From the NCBI GenBank assembly GCA_963811815.1, contig CAWEST010000005.1, forward strand, positions 72,177-136,176: a stretch of DNA of 64,000 bases. Direction: 5' to 3'. Positions 1 through 8,646 of this stretch are shown piece by piece (position 1 is the stretch's first letter; every line of letters begins with the position of its first letter). The position numbers and the translations under genes were made by a program. Below the pieces are notes generated by a model that ran no database searches, was not told the origin of the DNA, and saw only the letters and a program-made list of their open reading frames with translations. This stretch comes from an uncultured Acidobacteriota bacterium. GTDB taxonomy: Bacteria > Acidobacteriota > Terriglobia > Acidiferrales > UBA7541.

Positions 1-159
1 GCAACTTCCGTTCCGGGCGCTCCCTCGCAATTGGATTCGGATGATTGGAAGCCGGCTCGGTTACGTGTGTTCAATCAGCAGGGACAATTGATCGCTATCG
101 CCGAGCCGGTCGTGCCGCGCACCTACCAGCCGGTCGTAGTCCTGGAGGCGATTCCCTGA
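1..159 (+). CDS. 3' end of a CDS entering from upstream; tail resembles tRNA pseudouridine synthase B (TruB)
   Basis: Frame 1 is open from base 1 to TGA at 157-159 (...ARLRVFNQQGQLIAIAEPVVPRTYQPVVVLEAIP*). The 'RVF..G.LIAIAE' tail is TruB-like, but only 52 aa are visible. Confidence 0.35.
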   Translation, partial: ATSVPGAPSQLDSDDWKPARLRVFNQQGQLIAIAEPVVPRTYQPVVVLEAIP

Positions 160-213
160 GATTGCTCGTTCAGCCTTGACCATTGCGGACTGTCAAATCC
201 AGCAGTGTCTCGG

Positions 214-3200
214 CTACCGTGGTTCGGGTTGTTGCTGCGGAGCCGGTTGAGGCGGAGTTTGCTGCGGCGGCGCTCCCTGCTCGGGAGGAGCCGGTTGTTG
301 CGGTTGAGACCAAGGCTCGGGAGCTGTAGGAGGCGGTGGCTGGGTTTGGGGCTGAGGCTGTGGCACGCCTGGCACCCGCTCTTGGCGCTCTTGGTGCGTG
401 GGACCCAGCGAGCCCGGACCTTCCGGAGCACCGCGGCCCGCGTAAATTAGATGATCTTTGCGCGGCGCTAGGGCGACCATACGCGGGGTCACCAGAATCA
501 GCACCTCGGTATCTTGTTGTTGTACGTCTTCCGCCGCTCCTAACAACCCCGCGCCAGTTGCGCCTCCAAACGCAGGCGTGCCGTTCAGGCCACGCATATA
601 CTGCGGCGAGCGGAATCCTGCCAAGGCCGCCGTTTGGTCCGTCTTTACGCGCACTGTTTGATGGATCTCTTCGTTCGCCACTACAGGGATGTTGTTGAGA
701 AGTGATCCCGTGAGGCTAGTAATACTGAACTCAAGCTGCAGCGTGACCTCATCGTTTTGATGTATGCGCGGCGTGGCCTTTACCTTGACTCCCACGTCAA
801 TATATTCGGCGTTGGGGAATTGAGTACCGATGGCCGAAGAGCTACCGCTCAGAAATTGCGAAGAATTAAGTATGACCGACACGGTATTCGAGCCGTAGTT
901 GGCGACTGCCAAATCAGGTTGTGAAGTGTCCGTAAATGCAGCGGTGGCCAGTGAAACAGGATTCGTCTCGACGGGGAATTCAAAAAATGGGGTAAAGGTC
1001 CCGTCGCCGAGTCCGATCAGCAGGGATACGGCATTGTCAGTTTGCGCCGTGACGGCCAGGTCGGGAATGCCGTCGATGTTGTAATCGGCGATGGCGATCG
1101 AAGTGGGGCCATTGCCAGCCGGAAAGTTGTTTGTTGCACCAAAGGTGCCATCACCGACACCCAGAAGGATTGAAACGGAGGCGCCGGAAAGCGTGTCCGT
1201 TCCCGGGCCATTATTTGCGACCGCAAGGTCCAGGATGTTGTCGCCGTTGAAGTCGGCTGCCGCCACATAGATCGGCGTTTGCCCGGTCGGATAGCTCAAA
1301 GGCGTATTGAACGTCCCATCCCCATTTCCCAGATAGACGGAGACCGAGTTGTCGGTTTGATTGGTAACCGCCAGATCTAACTTGCCGTCGTTGTTGAAAT
1401 CCGCGACCACAACGCCGGTGGGCCCTTTGCCGGTGGTTAAATTTACAGGGGCCGCGAAAGTTCCGTCTCCGTTGCCCATGAAGACGGAAACCGTGTCGTC
1501 CTGTTGATTCGCAACGAGCAGATCGAATTGTCCGCCCGCAATCAGCGTTGCGGAGACAACGGAGACCGGATGGTTTCCGGTCTTGATAGGAGAACCGGAA
1601 GCGGCCGTGAAGGTGCCGTCGCCGTTACCCAGCAGAATTGTAAGAGTATTGTCAGTTTCGTTGGCTACAGCCAAGCCCACATTCGTGTTGTTCTTAGCGT
1701 TGAAGGTGCCCGTTGCGATGGAAATAGGTCCCTTGCCGGTTGTGGGTTTAAGGGTAGCCGGATTCTGAAAGGTTCCATCGCCATTGCCGAGAAAAATAGA
1801 AAGGTTGTCATCGGTGAAGTTCGAGACGATGAGATCTTGAAAATTATCGCCGTTCAAGTCGGCCGTTGTTACGAAATCCGGGGCATTTCCCGTGGCATAG
1901 TTCGTTACCGGAAAATCAGCAGTGCTCAGGCCCAGTATGCTTGTGCCGCCCGTGGTCGCCCCCGTTCCAAGACTGTTGGAATATTGCGCGAGCGAAACCG
2001 GGAAACGCTCGCCCACGAAGAATGTCGCGGGCTGGTTGTCCTCGGCGCGCAGCAAAATCCGGCGGCCATGGCGCACCAGCGAAAGCATCTCGGAAAAACT
2101 AGCGGCCGCGCCGGGAATGGTGGCCAGAAAAGTTGACGCTCCGCCTCCGAAAGCGACGATTGGCGGAATCAGGCCGCCGACATCCACTTGGCCCGAGGCC
2201 AGCAATGTGGCGAGCTGGGTCGGCGAAAGACCCGCGGTCGCGGCGCTTCCGAATATTTGCGTGAGCACGGTAAGCAGCCCAGGAAGCCCCGATTCCGCCT
2301 CGGTTACGGCGTTTGAGGGAATGGTGTAAACATGGCCACTCTGCGGCGGCAGGATGCCAAGCTGCTCCGCATAATTGCGATCCATTTCAAGGATTTCCAT
2401 TTCCAACACCAGTTCGCCGACCGGTTGATCGAGGTCATCGATTACTCCGCTGGCTACGGCGATCGCTTGGGGAGAGGCGCGCATCGTAAGCGTGCGGCTG
2501 CGGGTGTCCAACTGGCTTCGCGTGATTCCTGCAACTTCCCGGACCAGATGCGAGATTTCCGTCATCTGTTCCGGAGTCTCGGTAGATGAAAACAGGACGG
2601 TGCGCACGATCGAAAGATCGTAATCTTTGCGCTTTTGCGTTGTATCGTCGGCCACGAAAAACAGGTGTTTGGTAAGCGGCCGCCAGAAAGTGTGAGTTTC
2701 TTCGCCCAGGATCCGCGTGACAGTGGCGAAATCCAGGTCATTCGCGTCAATGTGTACCTGCCGCGAGCGTAAGTCCACGTCGAATGCAACGTCCACGCCG
2801 AACTTCCGCGCGATCTCTTCATAAGCGCTTTGCGTGTCGCCTCGCAATCGGAAATTCTGCTTTCCCGGCAAATGCTCGAGGTGCACCTCACGGGGAAGCT
2901 CGGGGCCGGAAAGAACTTGCCTTGCTTGGCGGGGATCCAAAGCGGAGAGTTCAGTCAATCGGTCGCGGATCACCTTGTTGCTGGGATCGAGTTCCCGAGC
3001 CTCGCGCAGTGTATGCAGGGCGGCGGGGATTTCCCCGGAAATTGCGTGCCGCTCCGCCAGATCGACTTTCATCTGAACCACATGGCTCTTGGCTATTTCC
3101 CGGCGCGAAAAATAATCGCTATCGTTAGGCGCGAAGTTAACCGCGTCGGAATAGGCTTCGTAGGCCGCTTCCCAGTCACCCTGCTCTTCTGCGCGGAGGC

Positions 3201-3495
3201 CCTGCTTGTTAGCCTGCTTGGCTTTTTTAAGGTCGGCCTTTACGAGTGGGGATGCGGGAGTACTTGGAGAGTTCGTCCCCGGCGCGGGTGTTGGCTTGCT
3301 GGTTGAATCAGGATTCGTGTCAGATTGCGATTGCTGCGCTGTCGCGGGCTTGGCGCTGTCCGATTGAGACTGAACAACGCCAGGCAGCCTTGCGCCGGCG
3401 GAAGCGGCATGAAAGGCACCCAAGAAAGAAATCGTCAACAGGGCCGGCACGGCGACTAAGATTTTAGGCGATCTTGAACGAAGTGCAGATGGCAT
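214..3495 (-). CDS. Secretin-family outer-membrane protein with N-terminal TPR region, inserted FG-GAP/VCBS repeat propeller and Pro/Gln-rich tail
   Basis: 1093-aa ORF with a signal peptide (KILVAVPALLTISFLGAFHAASAGA) and TPR-like helices. Secretin core motifs are VLEMEILEMDRNYAEQLGI, LLRAEDNQPATFFVGERFPV, YIDVGVKVKATPRI and DTEVLILVTPRMV. Seven D-x-N-x-D...LAVxN / LGNGDGTF repeats lie at aa ~527-878. Confidence 0.85.
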   Translation of the reverse strand: MPSALRSRSPKILVAVPALLTISFLGAFHAASAGARLPGVVQSQSDSAKPATAQQSQSDTNPDSTSKPTPAPGTNSPSTPASPLVKADLKKAKQANKQGLRAEEQGDWEAAYEAYSDAVNFAPNDSDYFSRREIAKSHVVQMKVDLAERHAISGEIPAALHTLREARELDPSNKVIRDRLTELSALDPRQARQVLSGPELPREVHLEHLPGKQNFRLRGDTQSAYEEIARKFGVDVAFDVDLRSRQVHIDANDLDFATVTRILGEETHTFWRPLTKHLFFVADDTTQKRKDYDLSIVRTVLFSSTETPEQMTEISHLVREVAGITRSQLDTRSRTLTMRASPQAIAVASGVIDDLDQPVGELVLEMEILEMDRNYAEQLGILPPQSGHVYTIPSNAVTEAESGLPGLLTVLTQIFGSAATAGLSPTQLATLLASGQVDVGGLIPPIVAFGGGASTFLATIPGAAASFSEMLSLVRHGRRILLRAEDNQPATFFVGERFPVSLAQYSNSLGTGATTGGTSILGLSTADFPVTNYATGNAPDFVTTADLNGDNFQDLIVSNFTDDNLSIFLGNGDGTFQNPATLKPTTGKGPISIATGTFNAKNNTNVGLAVANETDNTLTILLGNGDGTFTAASGSPIKTGNHPVSVVSATLIAGGQFDLLVANQQDDTVSVFMGNGDGTFAAPVNLTTGKGPTGVVVADFNNDGKLDLAVTNQTDNSVSVYLGNGDGTFNTPLSYPTGQTPIYVAAADFNGDNILDLAVANNGPGTDTLSGASVSILLGVGDGTFGATNNFPAGNGPTSIAIADYNIDGIPDLAVTAQTDNAVSLLIGLGDGTFTPFFEFPVETNPVSLATAAFTDTSQPDLAVANYGSNTVSVILNSSQFLSGSSSAIGTQFPNAEYIDVGVKVKATPRIHQNDEVTLQLEFSITSLTGSLLNNIPVVANEEIHQTVRVKTDQTAALAGFRSPQYMRGLNGTPAFGGATGAGLLGAAEDVQQQDTEVLILVTPRMVALAPRKDHLIYAGRGAPEGPGSLGPTHQERQERVPGVPQPQPQTQPPPPTAPEPWSQPQQPAPPEQGAPPQQTPPQPAPQQQPEPR

Positions 3496-3644
3496 AAGTG
3501 GTTAGACGTTGCGTTCCTGCCTTGAGTTATCAAGGGTTGAGCGCAGGCTTCGAGCTTACTCGTACATTGTACAGGGAAGCGCGGGCCTGCGAACAAGCGT
3601 GGATTCTCTTGCCGTTGCCGTTGCGCTGAGATACACTGGGAATG

Positions 3645-3669
3645 CTAGTTGACACACGTTTACAACTAG
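3645..3669. promoter_or_regulatory. Inverted repeat (CTAGTTG-N11-CAACTAG) overlapping a TTGACA hexamer just upstream of the iron-permease operon; candidate operator
   Basis: ctagttg at 3645-3651 pairs with caactag at 3663-3669. TTGACA lies at 3649-3654. The ATG of the FTR1 gene is at 3676, with no obvious SD. Confidence 0.3.
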
Positions 3670-3675
3670 AATTCG

Positions 3676-4938
3676 ATGCTATCTGCTCTTCTTGTCGCAC
3701 TTCGTGAAGGCGTCGAAGCCGCGCTCGTCGTCGGTATCGTCCTGGTCTATCTGAATCGTACCGGGCGCCGCGCGCTGACGGGCTACGTCTGGGCCGGCGT
3801 AATTCTGGCCGTCGCCGCCAGTGTTGCTGCGGCATTGCTCCTGCAACGCTGGCATGTAAGCGAAGATGGTTTTGAAGGTTTGCTGATGCTGGCGGCGGGC
3901 GTTCTGGTGGTAACCATGATCGTCTGGATGAACCGCGTGGCGCGGCACCTAAAGAAGCACATCGAGCAAAGGATAGAAACATTTGCGCAGCAATCCACAC
4001 GCGCGGCCGGGTGGGGAATTGGATTCTTCGTATTCCTGATGGTGGTGCGGGAAGGCGCGGAGCTGGTTTTGATCCTGCGTGCCGTGGAACTATCCAGTGC
4101 CGGCGTGCAGGTCTGGATTGGAACCGGGCTTGGCATCGCGATCGCGGTGGCCGTCGGTCTTTTCTTCTTTCAAGGTACCTTGCGAATTCCTCTTCATCGT
4201 TTTTTTGCGGCCACCAGCACGATTCTGCTGGTGGTCGCTTTCCAGCTTTTGCTCACTGGTCTGCACGAACTAAGCGAGGCCATGTGGCTGCCGTCAAGTA
4301 AACGTGAAATGGCCACGATAGGGCCGATTGTGCGTAACGAAGTATTCTTTTTTGTGGTGATTCTGGGAGTTGCGGCGCTGGTGGTGCTGCGCGAATGGTT
4401 CAGCGCGAAAAGCCCGGCGCCTGCGGAAGCAGCCAATTCGGCCGATCGGCGGATGCGCGAGTGGGAATTTCGACGGCAGAAGCGCTGGAGTTTCGCAGCC
4501 GCGATTTTGTGCGTGGCTGTCGTTCTCTCTTTCGCGGCCGAGTATGTATATGCCCGGGCGGTAACGGCGCCGGTGCGTGCCCAGGTGCTTGTGGCGCAAA
4601 ACGGCCAGGTTAACATCCCACTTTCTGAGCTTACAGATTCGAGTTTGCATTTCTACACCGCCGACGTGAACGGGACCGTAATCCGATTTCTGGTCATCCA
4701 CAAACAAAACGGCGACTTCGCCACGGCGCTGGACGCTTGCCAGATCTGCGGCACGGCCGGCTATCGCCAGGAAGGCCAGAACGTGATCTGCAGGAATTGT
4801 GGGGCGGCGATTTACATTCCTTCCATCGGAGAATCCGGCGGCTGCAACCCAATCGCGGTGAAATCCCGAATAGAAGGGGGACAAGTGATTGTGGATGTTT
4901 CGGCGCTCGCCAATGCCGCCTCTACGATTCACCCCTGA
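3676..4938 (+). CDS. FTR1-family iron permease fused to a C-terminal DUF2318-like Cys-rich membrane domain
   Basis: Two REGxE motifs (ALREGVEAALV, VVREGAELVLIL) sit in a multi-TM N-terminal half. An extra TM follows, then CQICGTAGYRQEGQNVICRNCGAAIYIPSIGESGGCNPI. Confidence 0.8.
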   Translation: MLSALLVALREGVEAALVVGIVLVYLNRTGRRALTGYVWAGVILAVAASVAAALLLQRWHVSEDGFEGLLMLAAGVLVVTMIVWMNRVARHLKKHIEQRIETFAQQSTRAAGWGIGFFVFLMVVREGAELVLILRAVELSSAGVQVWIGTGLGIAIAVAVGLFFFQGTLRIPLHRFFAATSTILLVVAFQLLLTGLHELSEAMWLPSSKREMATIGPIVRNEVFFFVVILGVAALVVLREWFSAKSPAPAEAANSADRRMREWEFRRQKRWSFAAAILCVAVVLSFAAEYVYARAVTAPVRAQVLVAQNGQVNIPLSELTDSSLHFYTADVNGTVIRFLVIHKQNGDFATALDACQICGTAGYRQEGQNVICRNCGAAIYIPSIGESGGCNPIAVKSRIEGGQVIVDVSALANAASTIHP

Positions 4939-4941
4939 ACG

Positions 4942-6264
4942 ATGTTTGGCCGGCTGGTAAGAGAATCCTTCGTTCGTAACCCGCGCAGGAAAGTCCTGGT
5001 TGCGGCGGCACTGGTCGTGGGCATGGCCGTGGCGACTTCGACGCTGACTATTGCGCTCGAAGTTGGCGACCGGCTGGCACGCGAATTTCGCAGCCTGGGC
5101 GCAAATCTGTTGGTCACGCCGCAAGCGGATACGCTGCCGATCGAAATTGGCGGCGTCGATTATCGGCCGGTGAACGAAGGCGCTTACCTCGACGAAACCG
5201 ACCTCGGAAAACTGAAAACAATTTTCTGGCGCCACAATATTCTGGGATTCACGCCGTTCCTTGACGTTCCTGCGACGATTCAGCAATCTGAGGGCTCTAA
5301 GCCGACACTGGCCATGATTGTGGGGACGTGGTACGCGCAGGATGTGTCCGTCCCCGACGGCACGAAATTCAAAACTGGCTTGAGCGTCACGCATCCCTGG
5401 TGGAAAGTTCAGGGCCGCTGGTTTCACGATGACGCAAATGAATGTGTCATCGGCTCGACGCTGGCCGCGACCATGCCGGGTGTGAGCGCTGGAGAGGTTA
5501 TTTACGTAACCAGCCGGTCGCCTGGTGACTTAATGCAAGGGCAATCCGGCGCAGCACAAGCGGTTGCTCTCAAGGTAGTGGGAATCGTCTCGACGGATGA
5601 CGCGGAGGACAGGGCGTTGCTCGTGCCTCTCGCGATCGCGCAGAAATTATCGGGACATCCGGGGCAGTTCCGCCAGCTTTTTGTAAGCGCGCTGACGAAA
5701 CCGGCGGACACGTTCTCCGAACGCGATCCGCTGAAAATGACGCCGACGGAATACGATCGCTGGTTCTGCTCGCCGTACATTTCTTCGATCAGCTTCCAAA
5801 TTAAAACGGTGTTGCCTGGTACCGACGTGCGCACCATTCGGCGTGTTGCAGATACGGAAGGGCGAATCCTTTCGCGCGTAGGCACTCTGCTGTGGATTGT
5901 TACGCTTGCGGCGCTGGGCGCTGCAGCCTTGGCGGTTGCCGCTACGTCGGCTACCACCGTTCTTGAGCGGCGCGCAGAAATCGGTGTCATGAAAGCTCTC
6001 GGAGCAAGCAATTCCCTGATTGCCGGAATATTCCTCGCCGAACAGTTACTGCTCGCAGTTGCGGGAGGGGCTATCGGGTTTGTAGTAGGCGCGGCACTGG
6101 CGCGGAGCCTGGGCGCGAGCGTGTTTGGCACGGCCGCTTCGCCGCGGCTGATTTTGTTTCCGGTGGTCCTTGGCATCGCGGCAATCGTGGCGTTCGTGGG
6201 CAGTCTGATTCCTTTGCGGCGCGCGTCGCACTTCAATCCCGCGCCGATTCTGCGGGGCGAGTAA
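4942..6264 (+). CDS. ABC transporter permease, FtsX/MacB type (large periplasmic domain)
   Basis: N-terminal TM, ~250-aa extracytoplasmic region and a C-terminal FtsX-like 3-TM block (ERRAEIGVMKALGASNSLIAGIFLAEQ...). It starts 4 nt after the upstream stop. Confidence 0.85.
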   Translation: MFGRLVRESFVRNPRRKVLVAAALVVGMAVATSTLTIALEVGDRLAREFRSLGANLLVTPQADTLPIEIGGVDYRPVNEGAYLDETDLGKLKTIFWRHNILGFTPFLDVPATIQQSEGSKPTLAMIVGTWYAQDVSVPDGTKFKTGLSVTHPWWKVQGRWFHDDANECVIGSTLAATMPGVSAGEVIYVTSRSPGDLMQGQSGAAQAVALKVVGIVSTDDAEDRALLVPLAIAQKLSGHPGQFRQLFVSALTKPADTFSERDPLKMTPTEYDRWFCSPYISSISFQIKTVLPGTDVRTIRRVADTEGRILSRVGTLLWIVTLAALGAAALAVAATSATTVLERRAEIGVMKALGASNSLIAGIFLAEQLLLAVAGGAIGFVVGAALARSLGASVFGTAASPRLILFPVVLGIAAIVAFVGSLIPLRRASHFNPAPILRGE

Positions 6265-7400
6265 TGTTCTGGCGCTTGCTCTGGAAACTCTTGCGTGGCA
6301 GCAGCGGGCGGCTGGTGGTGGCGATTCTAGCTCTGGTAAGCGGCGCCATGGTGATCTCTGCTCTGCTGAATCTCGAATTCGACATCGAAGGCAAGCTTAC
6401 GCAAGAATTTCGCATGCTGGGTGCAAATCTGGTGATTTCGCCCGGTCGTGATGCACAAATCAACGGAGCAGCCCCCGCTGCGCTTATGAATGAGAGCGCG
6501 GTGTTCGCCGCAATTCAGAACTTGAGAGACCCAGGTGTTGTGGCTGCGGTGCCTTTTCTCTACATTGTCGAGCGCGCCGGCGATACGCCCGTAGTGGTTG
6601 CCGGAACGAAGATGGAAGCTCTGCCGAAGCTTGAGCCGGCGTGGAGGATCGAGGGCCAGTGGACTTCGTCCGGCGATAATCAGATACCTTGCATCGTTGG
6701 GCGCAACGCCGCGCGGCAACTTCATCTCGCTCTGGGCAGCACGCTCCATTTGTCTTACTTGGGTAAGACTACGCAGCTTACGCTTGTCGGAACCGTGGAT
6801 ACGGGCGGCGCGGAAGACAATCAAGTCTTCGTGGAATTGGCTGAAGTTCAAAGACTCGCGGGGCTTCCGGGGCGGATCGGCCTGGCGCAAGTGAGCGTGA
6901 GGGGAACCGCCCGGAACATCTCGGAATACGCGGCGCGGCTGGCGACTGCGCTGCCGTCGTACGAAGTGCGGCCCATTCGCCAGGTTACTGAAGCCGAGGG
7001 TGACCTTTTGAATCGCATTCGGCTGCTGATCGGGTCCATGGTGGTTCTGATTCTGGCACTGACGGCACTTTGCGTCCTTGCGACGATGGCGGCCCTGGCG
7101 ATGGAGAGGCGGCAGGACGTGGGGCTGATGAAGGCGCTGGGCGGATCGATTGCGCGGATAGTTACATTATTTATGGCCGAAGTGGGCGTTCTCGGCGCTG
7201 TGGGGGGATTTGTCGGCGCCATTCTGGGCATTGAACTTTCGCGCTGGATGGGCCAGCGCGTTTTTGGCACGGCAATTTCGCTGCGCTGGGAAATCTTTCC
7301 GCTGACCATCGCTCTTATGGTTGCGGTCGCGCTCGCCGGAGCGCTTCCTTTGCGCCTGCTCGGAAAAGTGAAACCGGCGCTAATTTTTCGAGGGGAATAG
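6264..7400 (+). CDS. ABC transporter permease, FtsX/MacB type (paralog of the previous gene)
   Basis: Same architecture (ERRQDVGLMKALGGSIARIVTLFMAEV...). TAATG stop/start overlap with the upstream gene. Confidence 0.85.
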   Translation: MFWRLLWKLLRGSSGRLVVAILALVSGAMVISALLNLEFDIEGKLTQEFRMLGANLVISPGRDAQINGAAPAALMNESAVFAAIQNLRDPGVVAAVPFLYIVERAGDTPVVVAGTKMEALPKLEPAWRIEGQWTSSGDNQIPCIVGRNAARQLHLALGSTLHLSYLGKTTQLTLVGTVDTGGAEDNQVFVELAEVQRLAGLPGRIGLAQVSVRGTARNISEYAARLATALPSYEVRPIRQVTEAEGDLLNRIRLLIGSMVVLILALTALCVLATMAALAMERRQDVGLMKALGGSIARIVTLFMAEVGVLGAVGGFVGAILGIELSRWMGQRVFGTAISLRWEIFPLTIALMVAVALAGALPLRLLGKVKPALIFRGE

Positions 7401-8077
7401 TGGCGACTCTGGTGCAAGTCGAGAATTTGCGCAAGGAATTCGGAAACGTTTGCGCGCTTGCGGGCGTGTCGTTCCGCGTGGAAGCCGGAGAATGGATTGC
7501 CATCATGGGGCCATCGGGCTCCGGAAAAACCACATTGATTAATATTTTGGGCGGGCTCGATATGCCCACTTCGGGGCAAGCCATTGTGGATGCTGTTGAC
7601 GTTGGCCGGCTCGACGAATCCGGACTCACCCGTTTCAGGGCGCAGAAGATTGGCTTCATTTTTCAACAATTTCACTTGGTCCCCTATCTGACCGCGATTG
7701 AAAACGTAATGCTGGCGCAATATTTTCACAGCACCACCGATGAGAAAGAGGCGCGCGAAGCGCTCGAACGCGTAGGCTTGGGCGATCGCATCGAGCATCT
7801 GCCCGGAAAGCTTTCCGGCGGCGAACAACAACGTGTAGCTGTCGCCCGGGCGCTGATCAATCATCCGAAACTCATACTCGCCGACGAACCTACGGGAAAT
7901 CTGGATGAAGCCAATGAAGAGACCGTGCTCCGGCTCTTCCACGATCTGCACCGCGATGGACACACCATTCTTATGGTCACGCACGCGCCTTCCATCGGAG
8001 GACTGGCTGATCGCCGCATCGAATTTGCGCATGGAAGGCTGGTGGAAGTCCCGGCGTCGTTAAAAACCGCTCCCTAA
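7400..8077 (+). CDS. ABC transporter ATP-binding protein (MacB/LolD-like)
   Basis: Walker [10 protein letters not shown], signature [15 protein letters not shown], Walker [13 protein letters not shown]. The GTG start overlaps the upstream TAG. Confidence 0.92.
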   Translation: MATLVQVENLRKEFGNVCALAGVSFRVEAGEWIAIMGPSGSGKTTLINILGGLDMPTSGQAIVDAVDVGRLDESGLTRFRAQKIGFIFQQFHLVPYLTAIENVMLAQYFHSTTDEKEAREALERVGLGDRIEHLPGKLSGGEQQRVAVARALINHPKLILADEPTGNLDEANEETVLRLFHDLHRDGHTILMVTHAPSIGGLADRRIEFAHGRLVEVPASLKTAP

Positions 8078-8126
8078 TGGCTCCGTAGAGATTAACGTCA
8101 AAGCGGGTCTGCTAGAATAGAAAGAA

Positions 8127-8531
8127 ATGCCGATACCACATGACGTGCGAAAAAAGCCCATGGATGTGAAAGTGCGCGTATCGACAGGGCAAGGCGTCGA
8201 AGTCACCTGGTCGGACGGCCATGCGAGCCGCTACGACTTTCCCTACCTGCGAGAACATTGCCCGTGCGCGCTGTGTAACGACGAGCGCGAAAAGAAGGCT
8301 CGCATAGGGACATCAGCCAGCGGAGCCAGAACTCCCAGCGCAGTATTGCCGATGTTTAAGCCGCGCGTGACGGCCAAGAGCGCGACGGCGGTAGGGAACT
8401 ACGCAATCCAGATTGAATTTTCGGACAGCCACGCAACCGGCATCTACAGCTTCGAACATTTGCGCGAAATCTGCCCTTGCGAAGCTTGCGTGCGCGAGTT
8501 TGGCTCGGCGCCAAAAGAGAAGCTTTCCTGA
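8127..8531 (+). CDS. DUF971 (gamma-butyrobetaine hydroxylase N-terminal-like) family protein
   Basis: VTWSDGHASRYDFPYLREHCPCALC and IEFSDSHATGIYSFEHLREICPCEAC half-repeats. Confidence 0.75.
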   Translation: MPIPHDVRKKPMDVKVRVSTGQGVEVTWSDGHASRYDFPYLREHCPCALCNDEREKKARIGTSASGARTPSAVLPMFKPRVTAKSATAVGNYAIQIEFSDSHATGIYSFEHLREICPCEACVREFGSAPKEKLS

Positions 8532-8646
8532 ACGCAGGCGCGCCCCTCGCCGCGCGATCGCGGGCCGGGGAAGAAATCGCGAACGAGCAACTCTTTGTTT
8601 TTGCGATAAATTCAACGTATAGTTCTTCTCCTCATCTCTATAACGT

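Noticed and set aside
217-378. Repetitive GGTTG/GCGGC-rich DNA at the 3' end of the secretin gene.
   Set aside because: It is in frame with the secretin and encodes its Pro/Gln-rich tail. It is not an independent repeat element.
4294-5427. Long ORFs antisense to well-supported genes: 4294-5427, 6848-8032, 18819-19739, 21720-22685, 25588-26466, 26708-27526, 36076-36873 and 52072-52866.
   Set aside because: Each lies opposite a gene with clear family motifs. Their translations are Arg/Pro/Gly-rich and low in complexity, with no motifs. This is typical of shadow ORFs in GC-rich DNA.
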